Source: Mobula hypostoma
Taxonomy: Eukaryota
Length of the DNA stretch: 64,000 bases
Assembly (NCBI RefSeq): GCF_963921235.1
Contig: NC_086107.1
Coordinates: forward strand, 93,250,001-93,314,000
Reading direction: 5' to 3'
The notes under the pieces were generated by a model that was not told where the DNA came from, did not search any database, and saw nothing but the letters and a program-made list of their open reading frames with translations. The position numbers and the translations under genes are program-made. Shown here in pieces: positions 49,450-61,025 of this stretch (position 1 is the stretch's first letter; the number at the start of each line of letters is the position of its first letter).

Positions 49450-52400
49450 GCTGTCACGTGAACCATCTACAAAACTTCCTGTAGCAGCCCTGCAAGCCAC
49501 CTCCCAGATATTTCACAGCACAGCCTGGCAGAACAAGGTGCACCACCACCTCCAAGATATGCCTCGCCCTGACACTGTTCCTTCACAGGCGCATAGAGCC
49601 ATAGAGCACTACCGCACAGAAACAGGTCTTGCAGCCCATCTGGTCTGGCCGAGCCTTATTCTGCTGCATGAGAGAAAGCAGTACTATTGATGGGGACTTC
49701 TTTTTCCTAGAAACTTGTCTTTGTCTTCACCTTGGTCCACATGGCCTCCAGCTCTGTTTTTGGGCTTCTGAGTTTGGACCCACTGTGGATCCCAGGTAGC
49801 TGTGTTCGATTGACTGCATCTCCTGCCGCCTCTCCCTTTGAATTCTACGCACCACCTTCTCCGCCACCCAGAGATACTTGCAGGCCCTGTCTCAGTTCTG
49901 CCATAGCTCCAAGCCTCATTCTCCACCGCCTGCCATGGACCTCTCCAACACTTCATCCTCTGCTGGATCCATGCCTTCATCTGCCGGTTCTCCTCCTTCC
50001 TCAAGCCCAGGAAGGATTAGAAAATCTCCCATCTTCAGACCCTGGCCCCTGCTACCTCCTGTTCGGACATCATCTCAACTAGGTGACTCCAGGCTGCAGA
50101 TCCCTCCATCTCCAAATCTGGTTACACAGCTCTGGATGCATTTAGACCACACATGGCCCCTACTGTCTCCCACTCGATTATCGATTTGATCAGATGACTC
50201 CAGACCGGATCCCCTCTGGTTACGATAACTTTGGACGCATCCAGACCACATATATCACTGATGCCAACTCCAGTTCCAATGGCCGGGATGCCTTCAGACC
50301 ACAAATTGCACAGCTCCAGCCCTGACCTCAACTGCTTCTACTTCCAGGCTGAGTCTTTTCTCACTGCCACTGGGCACTTGGGCTCACTTCCCCCACCACT
50401 ACTTCCCAACCTTGGGTCTCTCAGACCCCTATCCCCACTTAGGTCCTCAAAGGCTCCATCTTCCTCCATCCTACCTTCCCTGAATACCTCAAATCCTCCG
50501 CTCTCCTCTGACACCACTAACTCTCTTCTCCCCTCTGATTCCCTGCTGCGTCTTCACAATTCTCTCCGACCTACCCCTCTCTGAGGTGGAAAGTTCTGTT
50601 CTCAACAAGGGCCTTAACTTTGTCCCCTTTTGGCCCCACCTTAGCGAGATCTGCTGCCACCACAATGCCAAACTCTTCTTCCGTCACCTCCAGTTCCAAG
50701 CTCACTCAAGATTCCCCAGCCTGCACCGATGACTGCTTCTCCTCTTCTTGGACACAACACTCTGATTTTCTGGCTTCTTTAGATCTTTTCATCTCTAATT
50801 GTCATCAAGATATCAACTGGCTTGACTTCAGCACTCCTCACTCCTCCTCAAACTTATCCCCTTTGAATACATTGTCCTCCACTCTCATCACACCAATCCC
50901 AACCTCACCATCAAACCTGCAGACAAAGGGGGTGCTGTTGTAGTGTGGCAAACAGACCTCCACTTTGCTGAGGTCACCTCCTCTTACTTACCTCTTGTAA
51001 AGGAGCCCACTCAGGACCATCCGATCATTGTCTCCCACCTCATCACCAATTTCATCAGCTCTGGAGATCTCCCATCCACTGCTACCAACTTCATAGTTCC
51101 CTTACAGTTCATTTCTACCTCCTACCAAAGATCTGACTATCTAGGTAAGCCCACGGTTTCTGCCTGCCCCTGACCCAGTGAACTCATGTCCTCATACCTC
51201 AACTCCATTTTATCTCCCATGGTTCAGTCTCTTCCCACCTATATCAGTGACACTTCATGATCTCCTCTAAAATTTCCAATTCCTTGGCACTGGTTGCCTC
51301 ATTTTCACCATAGATGTCCAGTCCCTAAGCACTTCTATCCCCCATCAAGAAGACCTCAATTCTCTCTGCTTCTTTCTCGACAACAGACCCGACCAGTTCC
51401 CCTCCACCACCACTCTCCTCCATCTGGTGGAACTGGTCCTCACTCGCAACAATTTCTCTTTCTCCAAATTCAAAGTTTAGCCTGCACGGGTGCCAGCTAT
51501 GCCTGCCCCTTCACTGGCCACCACATGGTAAAGACCATGTTCCAAGCCTTCCCTGGTAATGTTCTCAGCTCTTCCTGTGCCATATTGATGACTGCATTAG
51601 TGCCATAGTACCACTTCCTGCACCCATGGTGAGCTCGTCAATTTCATCAACCTTGCCTCTGACTTCCATCCTGCCCTTAAGTTCACCTCTCTCCCCTTTC
51701 TTGGTCTCTCTGTCTTCATATCTGGGGGCAAAATATCTACTGATACCTTTTATAAACCTACCAATTCCCATGGCTATTTTGACTATACCTCTTCCCACCC
51801 GTCTCCTGTAAAAATGCCATTCTTTTTTATTAGTTCCTTTGGCTACACTGCATCTGTTCCCAGGATGAAATTTTCCTTTCCAGTAGATCAGTGATGTCCT
51901 CTTTCTTCGAAGAACAAGGTTTTCCTTTCTCCACCATTGATATTGCTCTCATCCACTTCCCCTCTATTTCCCGAACACCTTCATTCTTCCCATCTTCCTG
52001 CTGTCTTAGCAGGGATTGAGTTCCTTTTGGCCTCACCTACCACCCCATGAGCTTCCATATTCAACCCATCATTCTTCGCAACTTCTGCCATCTTCAACAG
52101 GACTTTACCACCAAGCACATCTTCACCTCTCCCCATCCCACTCTCCACTTTCCACAGGGATCGGTCCCTCCGTGATTCCCTTGTTCGTTCGTCCCTCCCC
52201 ACTAATCTCCCCTGCAAGCAGCAGAAGTGCTAAGCCTGCCCGTTCACCTCCTCCCTCATCTCCAAACAGTTCACCCAAACAGTTCTTTCAGGTGAGGCAA
52301 CACTTTACCTGCAAATCTGTTGGGATCATTGGCTGTATCCGGTGCTCCCAGTGCACATTGGTGAGGTCCGTCATAGATTGGGGAATTGCTTTGCTGAACA

Positions 52401-52498
52401 CCTTCACTCTACCCACAAAAAGCAGGAATTCCTGGTGGCCAATATTTCAATTTCAATCCTTATTTCCATTCGGACATGTCGGTCCATGGCCTCCTCTG
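49450..52498 (+). mobile_element. Old, heavily degraded near full-length Penelope-like element
   Basis: Frameshifted motifs LSEVESSVLNKGLNFVP (about 50577), IKPADKGGAVV (about 50910), FTIDVQSL (about 51304), IDDCI (about 51584) and FQVRQHFTCKSVGIIGCIRCSQC (about 52285). Confidence 0.85.
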
Positions 52499-53499
52499 TG
52501 GACTAGGAACCCGAGGTCCCTCTGCAACATCGACACTGTTAAGGGTCCTGCCATTAACAGCACCTTGTCTTTTACATTTGATCTCCTAAACTGCAACACT
52601 CTGCATTTGGTCAGGTTAAACTCCATCTGCCATTGTTCTGCCCAAAACTACAAGTCGTCTACATCCCACTGTATCCTTTGCCAGTCCTCAGTGGTTAGAT
52701 AGACACAATGTGGCAGATGGAGGTTAATCCTGAGAAGTGCAGCTAACTGCAGGATAACTCTGCAGGAGACTGCACTATCCCTGGTAATGTGCAATGGAGA
52801 TATATACACACATCTCATAAGGCAGCAGGATAGGCAGATTAGGATTCAAGACTCAAGATTATTTATCACGCGCACTTCGTAATGTTTGGGTGGTGGGGTG
52901 CAGATACATTTCTACCAAAGGAGATGCAAGGCACTATTCCTTCTGTCAGCCTGCAGACCACCCTTGGGCAAGATGTAGCATCTGCCTAGCCCCCTGATCA
53001 GGATCATGTGAAGCCATGGGAACAGATAGTGAATGATCGAATGAGCAGCTGGTACATATCACAAGTCGCTGACACCAGGCAGACAATCTCTGAAGAATAT
53101 TGATATGGCTGGGGTCACCTGTCTTGTAAAGACCCCATCCAGAAGAAGGCAATGCAAATTCACTTCTGTTGATAAATTTGCCATGAACAGTCATGGAAGG
53201 ACCATGATCGTCTGCGTCATACGAAATGGCACATAATGAATGAGCAACCATCGAAATAGACAATGAAGAGCTTCATTTGTATTGACAACCAACATAAATG
53301 AGGGTGTGCTGAGGACAGCCCACAAGTGTCGCCACACATTCCAGCTGCAACGTAACCTGCCTACAATGCTCGGCAGAACAACACAGGACACAACAAACAG
53401 CAAAACAAGCCCCATGCCTCCCTGCCCCGCACACATGCACACACACACACACACACACACAGAGTCTTTTAACCCCAGGACAGGATATTATATAGTATC

Positions 53500-54311
53500 T
53501 GTAATGCCTTAGTTAAGATTTTTGCTGCTATGCTGTAGGCATTTCATTTTAGCAGTTCTGTAAGAGCAGTCTGTTCTGCTTTTAGCCTGTTTGGGTTTGA
53601 GCTGAGATAAGGGGCTTTGTTGTTCAACTTAGAAATGTTGTGTCAGCCAATCAGGATGGTGGGAATGGGCGGAGAGGTTTTTGTGAGGGGCATTGGTGTG
53701 GGTCGAGGTCTTTTTGCGGGGAGCTGGGAGAAGACAGGCGGGAAGATGGCTGAGGATGCCTTCCCTGTTGCACAAGGTGCTTTGTGCAGAGGAATGGCTT
53801 CAAGGATGAAGGACCAATACTCCCGTGAGAGAGCCCGTTTGTTCGAAGTGGATTTCAAGCGACATTCAGAAGGTGGTGTGTGCTTTCATGCAGACGAAGG
53901 GTCCAGCACACGAGTTAAATACAACTTCAAGATGAGCTCCAACCTATGTGCACATTTCATTGTTTAATTCTGATGGTCCCCCCTTTTGGTTTTTTCTTTC
54001 TTTTCTTTAATAACTGTTTGGCTAAGTAAATTAACATTCATAAATATACTCTCTTTATAACTGTATGCAGTGTACGGTCCGTTATTTCTTGCAGACAAGC
54101 AATAAATTACACAGTATTCACATAGATCGGGGTTCAGGTGGGCAAGACAGCTTAACCTCACAGGTTTAGTGGGACCAAAGTCATATCGACCCTAGATGCA
54201 TGGAGTTTGAGAAAGCTGGTTTTCTCACCGCTGAGTCCAGTGGCTGTTAGTGAGGGGCTAACGAGCCACATCTCTAGAGATGCCCGGTAAAAAGGACTTT
54301 CTTATGTTATA
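53500..54311. mobile_element. Probable solo LTR
   Basis: Starts TGTAAT, contains CCAAT box, organisation resembles 6109-6791; right end and TSD unclear. Confidence 0.5.
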
Positions 54312-54344
54312 TAGATTATATTTATCTAGTACAGGTATATAATA

Positions 54345-54668
54345 AAATAATAATAATAATAATAATAGGCATCCGTTAATCTCACGAAACCATGGATTTG
54401 CGCCTTGGAAGGTTTCCACGGCGCAGGCCTGGGCAAGGTTGTATGGAAGACTGGCAGTTGCCCATGCTGCAAGTCTCCCCTCTCCATGCCACTGATGTTG
54501 TCCAAGGGAAGGGCATCAGGACCCATACAGCTGGACATCAGTGTCATCGCAGAGCAATGTGTGGTTAAGTGCCTTGCTCAAGGACACAACACGCTGCCTC
54601 AGCCAAGGCTTGAACTAGCGACCTTCAAATCACTAGACGAATGCCTTAACCACTTGGCCATGCTCCAA
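54345..54668 (-). mobile_element. tRNA-derived SINE, same family as 48465-48776
   Basis: Reverse-complement match over the full length; (TAT)n tail. Confidence 0.9.
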
Positions 54669-56371
54669 CACATATAACATATATTGCATATATAATATGC
54701 TGTATGTAATTGTAATATATATTATTTTACATTATAAATATATACCGTAATTAATAATATATTAGGTTATGGGAACTATAATGGATACCTGCCTTCTTGA
54801 GAGATGCATAGAATACCAGATCAAAGACAACATACTAAAAGTGCATGAAACACCCATTAGGCCACACCAACAGCACCGTTCTTTATTTGTCACATGTATA
54901 TTGAAACGTACAGTGAAATGTATCATGCAGCAAGGAAGTTGTGGGCATGCTATGTTGGCGCCAGAGGCACGGTGACACTTGGTCATTGACACAAATGAAG
55001 TTTTTCACTGTATGTTTCAATGTTTTGATGTAAATGTGACAAATAAAGTGAATCTTTACCCTTCCATCTTTAATCGAATCTTCAGTCACTGTTGGGATGT
55101 AGGAAATCTGGCAGCCAACCTCCCCCAAATGTCAATGAGGAAATGCACTGAATGCACTGAATCGTTAATTTTAATGTCGGTTAAGCAATAAATGGTGTGA
55201 GAGTTCTTTCCAGGTACAGGAGACTCAGTTTATTAACTCATTCCTGGAAGAGCACCCTTAGTGTTGTACTTTGGCCTACAGAACTGCACTCAGAGTGTAA
55301 GCCCAGACTTTCGGCTGGAGTCATTTTTGTTGACTCTGGATACCGGAGTTGCCGTTGTACAAGACATCAGTGAGGCTGTATTTGGGGTATCATGCTCAGT
55401 TCTGGTCAGGCTGCTATAGAAAAGATGTGACTGAACTGGAAAAAAGTGTAGAGAACATTTACAAGGATGTTGCGGGACTTGAGGGACTTACCGATGGTCA
55501 CATTTTTGCAGTATATTTCCCAGCAGAGTACGATTGACCCAGCAGAGTATGCTTGACTAAAGGTAGTTGTACATTGACTGGAGCACATGATCCCAACTCA
55601 GCAGGAACCCATCGACTATCTGCTCGCCGCTCTCAACCAACCCTTCATCTCAACACAGCAAACCTCACGCTAGTCAACCTCCTCCCTCAGAGCCCTGGAC
55701 TCCAATGCCAGAATGCTTCAGATCCCCAACGTGTCACCAAAACTTCCTGTCCCAGAGCATCTTACACTTCAAGCTCCAGCCATCGCTGTATTCTACGGAC
55801 TGAGACAATATTGCATTTATCACCTCTCTCTCCTGACTGGACGAGCTCCGACCAGGGCTGCCACTAACCAGGACAATAAATCCACCATTTGCAATAAATC
55901 TGAAGAATTCACTACTGAAATCTGCCAAGTTTTCGATCATCTGGGAAGTGGAAGGGTGGGCAGCAGATCAGATATTTTGCTTGCATCAGGGCTCACATTT
56001 AGTGCTGGATTATACCATGGAATTCAGGACCCTTGTGGCTAGTAGAGGTGGAATACAGGAGTGCTGCTGGCTCATTACCATCACGGCCTCTGAGAGAACT
56101 TGAAAGACGAGCTGTCTACCCAGCAGATGCCTGCTGACCCTGAAAGCCTCTTCACCCTGGTCCTCTGAATTAACAAGCTTCTTATGCAATGACCCACCAG
56201 GTCATCAGCTAGAGCCCCATTTCAATTCCCAAAACCATTTCAGGCTGCAGGACCTTCATCATCAACACTTCCAGGAACCACTAAGCTCTCTTAAGCCTGC
56301 CAAGAGTATGAGTGTTGGTGGAGAAACAATTTGTGCATTTCCTGCAGAGCAGCCAATCGCTCACACATCAA

Positions 56372-56825
56372 ATGTTCAAAGTTCAAAGTAAATTTCATTA
56401 TCAAAGTGCATATATGTCACCACATACAGCCCTGAGATTCAGTTTCCTGTGGGCATACTCAGCAAATCTACAGAGCAGTACCTATAACAGGATCAATGAA
56501 AGATCAATCAGAGTGCAGAAGACAACAAACTGCAGAAATACAAATATAAGTAAATGACAATAAATATCGAGAACATGAGATAACAAGATAGAGAGCCCTT
56601 AAAGTGAGATCATTGGTTGTGGGAACATCTCAATGGATGGGCAAGTGAGTGTAGTTATTCCCTTTTATTCAAGACCCTGATGGTTGAGGGGTAGGAACTG
56701 CTCTTGAACCTAGAGGTGCGAGCCCTGTGGCTTTTGTATCTTCTACCTGATGGCAACAGTGAGAAAACAGCAGCTCCCGGGTGATGAGGATCTCCAATGA
56801 TGCATGCTGCTTTCCTACGACACTG
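56372..56825 (-). mobile_element. Rex1/Babar-like LINE 3' fragment nested in Gypsy gag
   Basis: Same 3' end family as 2355-2905. Confidence 0.7.
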
Positions 56826-58104
56826 CGTCTGGGAAAAGGCAAACAGGTAGAGACGAGCAGCCTTCTATCTGGTAAGCTCCCCAGGCCTCCCATTCCAGCA
56901 CCGCAGCCCAACTCACTCTCTCTATCCTCCTCCACACCCCGACGGTTCTATGAACACAGGAGGCTGCTGTGGATTCAGGCACGGCAGACATCTTTCTGGA
57001 GCAGACTTTATGAGTGCGGCTTGGACTCCCTACCGAGCCTATCGCTCACTCCCCCTTCATCACAGTCATCGACAGATGTCCCTTGGGCTCTAGGATGGTC
57101 AGTGCCTGTGCACATGAGTATCAGAGAGCACCGCAGGTCTATCCAATCTCTCCTGATCATTCAACTAACACCCCTCTCATCCCGGGTTACCACTGGCTCT
57201 CCACTTAGGATCCTCTCTTTGCACGGTCATCCGGTTCACTGCTGAGTTTGGGACCCACCTGCCTGCAGCCCCAGCTGACCTCACCCCATAAATCCCTGGA
57301 GACCGAGGAAACTGACGACCTCATCAAATTCCCAGCGGAATACCATAACTTCATAGTTCAAAGTAAATTTATTATTGAAGAGTGTATATATATATATATA
57401 TATGTCACCATATACAACCCTGAGATTCATTTTCTTGCGGACATATATTTAATCAAAGAATGACCACACCAATTTATGCATTCAAACAGTGAGCAAAAGA
57501 CACAAACCATGCAAATACAAAAAGAAAAAAATACTAATAACAAATAGAGAAGCAATAAATACTGAAAACATGAGATGAAGATTCCTTGGAAGTGAGTCCA
57601 TTGGTTTCAATGATGAGGCAAGTGAAGTTGAGTGAAATTATCCTCTTTAGTTCAAGAGCCCAGTGGTTGAGGGCAATAACTGTTCCTGAACCTGGTGGTG
57701 TGAGTCCTGAGGCTCCTGCACCTTCTTCCTGTGACTGTAGCGAGAAAAGAGCATGGCCTGGATAGTGGAGGTCCCTGAAGATAGATAGTGCTTTCCTGCG
57801 ATTAAACTTCGTGTAGATATGCTCAACAGTGGGGAGGGCTTTACCCATGATGGACTGGGCCGTATCCATTACCTTTTGTAGGAGTTTCCGCTCCAGGGCA
57901 TTAGTGTTTCTGTAGCAGGCTGTGATGCAGCCAGTCAATATACTCTCCACTGCACACCTATAGAAGTTTGTCAAGATATCATGCCGAATCTTCACGAACT
58001 CCTAAGGAAATAGAGGTGCTTCCATGTTTTCTTTGTATTTGCACCTACTGGAAGTGGGCTCAGGACAGGTCCTCAAAAACAGTAAAACTGAGGAGCGTAA
58101 AGGT

Positions 58105-58266
58105 AACACACATCAAAGTTGCTGGTGAACGCAGCAGGCCAGGCAGCATCTGTAGGAAGAGATGCAGTCGACGTTTCAGGCCGAGACCCTTCGTCAGGAC
58201 TGCTGCGTTCACCAGCAACTTTGATGTGTGTTGCTTGAATTTCCAGCATCTGCAGAATTCCTGTTG
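58105..58266. mobile_element. 162-bp Penelope-derived fold-back mini-element
   Basis: 13-bp TSD GGAGCGTAAAGGT at 58092-58104 and 58267-58279; perfect 33-bp inverted repeat 58105-58137 / 58200-58232; nearly identical to 25845-25974. Confidence 0.93.
58166..58201 (-). ncRNA. Minimal hammerhead ribozyme motif (identical to 25939-25974)
   Basis: AGTC-CTGACGA-AGG(GTCTCGG)CCT-GAAA-C-GTC-GACT on the minus strand. Confidence 0.85.
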
Positions 58267-59311
58267 GGAGCGTAAAGGTGTTGACTCTCTCTACCTCCGA
58301 TCCACCGATGAGGACTGGCTCACGAATCTGTGGTTTCCTCCTCCTGAAGTCAATAATCAGCTCCTTGGTCTTGTTGATACTGAGTAAGAAGTTGTTGGTG
58401 TGGCACCACTCAGCTGGATTTTCAGTCCCCATCTTATATGCTGATTTATCTCCACCTTTGATTCGGCTACAACAATGGTGTTGTCAACAAACCTGAATAT
58501 CAGAATCAGAATCAGATTTAATATCACTGGCATATGTCGTGAAATTTATTAACTTTATGCCAGCAGTACAATGAAATACATGGTAAATATTGAGAAAAAA
58601 AAACTGAGTTACATTGAGTATATATGTCTATTAAATAGTTCAGTTAAAATAAGCAGTGCAAAATAACAGAAATAAAAAAGTAGTGAGGTCGTGTTCATGG
58701 GTTCAATGTCCATTTAGGAATCAGATGGCAGAGGGGAAGAAGCTGTTCCTGAATCGCTGAGTGTGTGCTTTCAGGCTTCTGTACCTCCTTCCTGACAGGA
58801 ACAATGAGAAGAGGCATGACCTGGATGGTGGGGATCCTTAATGATGGACGCTGGCTTCCTAAGGCACTGCTCCTTGAAGATGTCTTGGATACCACAGAAG
58901 TTGGTACCCATGACTAACTTTACAAGTTTCTGCAACTTTAGTCAATCTTGTGCAGTACCTCCCCATAAACCAGATTATGGCATTGGAGTTGTGCTTAGCC
59001 ACACAGTCATAAGTGTAAAGCGAGTAAAGCAAGAAGCTTGTGGTGGACTTATGCTGATGGAGATTGTGGAGGAGATGTTGTTGCCAATCTGAACTGACAG
59101 GGGTCTGCAAGTGAGGAAATTGAGGAAATTACTCACCCGAGCACCGATCCACAGCAGATGCCACCTTAGCCATCTCCTTCAGTAAAAGAGAAACCAGCAC
59201 CCGGCCACCTTACAGGCTACACAACTACATGATCGACCTCTTCCTAGGCACCATCTCTCCCCAGGGTAGTCTGTTCTCCCTCTCTCCTCCTGAAACCCAA
59301 GCTATGAATGA

Positions 59312-59452
59312 TCTTTTTTCTCCAGTCCTGCTGAAGGGTCTTAGCCTGAAACATCGACTGTGCTCTTCCATAGATGCTGCCTAGCCTGCTGAGTTCCTCC
59401 AGCATTTTGTGTGTTACTTGGATTTCCAGCATCTGCAGATTTTCTCTTGTTT
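59312..59452 (+). mobile_element. Penelope terminal-repeat fragment with mutated hammerhead (59324-59359)
   Basis: AGTC-CTGCTGA-AGG(GTCTTAG)CCT-GAAA-C-ATC-GACT; interrupts Gypsy pol after ETQAMN. Confidence 0.8.
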
Positions 59453-60384
59453 GACTATGAATTGCTGAAGTGCTATAGGTTAGCTTCATCCCAGTCCCCA
59501 GTCGGTGCAAGGTTCTTTGTCAAAAAGAAAGATGGGGTCCTCGTCCCTGCATCGACTACCATGGATCAACATTAAGAACTGTTATCTTCTCCCTTTGATG
59601 GATAGTGCATTCAAAACACTCTGTGGGGCCCAGGTCTTCACCAAACTGGATTTATGGAATGCATACAATCTGACTCGCATCCACCAGGGAGATGAGTGGA
59701 AGATGGTGTTCTTCCACTCACTATCCGATATGAATACTATGTGATGCCTTTCAGAATTTCTAACAGTCCCATCATTTTCCGAGCCATCATCAGTGAGCTC
59801 CTCCAGAACATGCTACACAGGTATGTGTTTGTCTCTCTCGATGACATTCTCATCTTCTCCAAAGACCTCCAGGACCATGTCTGTCATGTCCATTTAGTCC
59901 TCCAGCATCTCTTTGAAAACCATCTGTACTACAATTTGGATAAATTCCAGCTCCATACCCCGGTTCTTTCCTTCCTGGAAGATGACCTTTCACCCCAAGG
60001 CATAACCATGGACCCAGAGAAAGTGCACACCATCGTCGAATGGCCCCAGCTGCTTTCCCTGAAACAGCTACTGTACTTCCGGAACATCTCCAACTTTTCA
60101 TCAGAAACTACAGCCAAACTGCCGCTCCTCTCACCTCCCTCACCAAGTTGACTTCCTCGTAGATAACTTGATCTGCTGCCACAGACCACGCTTTTGAGGA
60201 GCTCAAGAGAAGCTTCACCACTGCTTTCATTCTCTGTCATCTGATCTTTTGAGGTAGAGGCGGATGCATCTAACATGGGGTCTGGGGCCATCCTCTCCCA
60301 GCGAGGGCTGAACAGGGAACTTGTGTCTTCTTCTCACACAAGTTCAACTCTACACAGCACCTTTATGGAGTAGGGGACAGGGAG

Positions 60385-61025
60385 GTTTTTTTTAGATTAT
60401 GAGGACACACAGTCCTCTTTTATTGTCATTTAATAATGCATGCATTAAGAAATGATACAATGTTTCTCCAGAATGATGTCACAGAAACATATGACAAACC
60501 GACTGAAAAACTGACAAAAACCACATAATTATAACATATAGTTACAACAGCGCAAAGCAATACCGCAATTTGATAAGAGCTGACCATGGGCAATGTAAAA
60601 GTCTCAAAGTCTCTCAAAAGTCCCATCATCTCATGCAGATGGTGAACCTCCAGTGCCGCAAACTTACCGATGCAGCATCTTGGAAGCATCCGACCACAGC
60701 CCGACTTTGAGTCCATCCGAAAACTCCGAGCCTCCGACCAGCTCTCCAACACCGAGTACCACAGAGCGCTTCGACCCCAGCCCTGGCAACAGGCAATAGG
60801 CAAAGCCGAGGATCTGGGGCCTTCCCCTCCGGAGATTCTCGATCGCACAGTAGCAGCGGCAGCAAAGCGGGCATTTCAGAAGTTTCTCCAGGTGTTCCTC
60901 CGTGCTTCTCACAGCTGCCTCCATCAAATCAGGATTGTGCACGGTCCCCTAGTTAACACATATCGATATCATTCGGAACGGCCACGCGCGCTGTGTCGCG
61001 TCGCCTTCTTCTCCTCCCTCCCTTC
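60385..61025 (-). mobile_element. ~640-bp non-coding retroelement, same family as 3752-4357
   Basis: Splits Gypsy RNaseH VGDRE / [13 protein letters not shown]; shares ends with 3752-4357. Confidence 0.8.

Larger units (their letters stand above)
57352..59130 (-). mobile_element. Rex1/Babar-like LINE fragments nested in Gypsy pol
   Basis: NFYRCAVESILTGCITA, WCHTNNFLLSINKTKELIIDFRR; splits Gypsy KFPAEYHN / LAISFSKR; a second LINE tail is nested at about 58497-58965. Confidence 0.8.

Noticed and set aside
49190..49450. Possible conserved non-coding element
   Set aside because: Looks non-repetitive, but conservation cannot be judged from one sequence.
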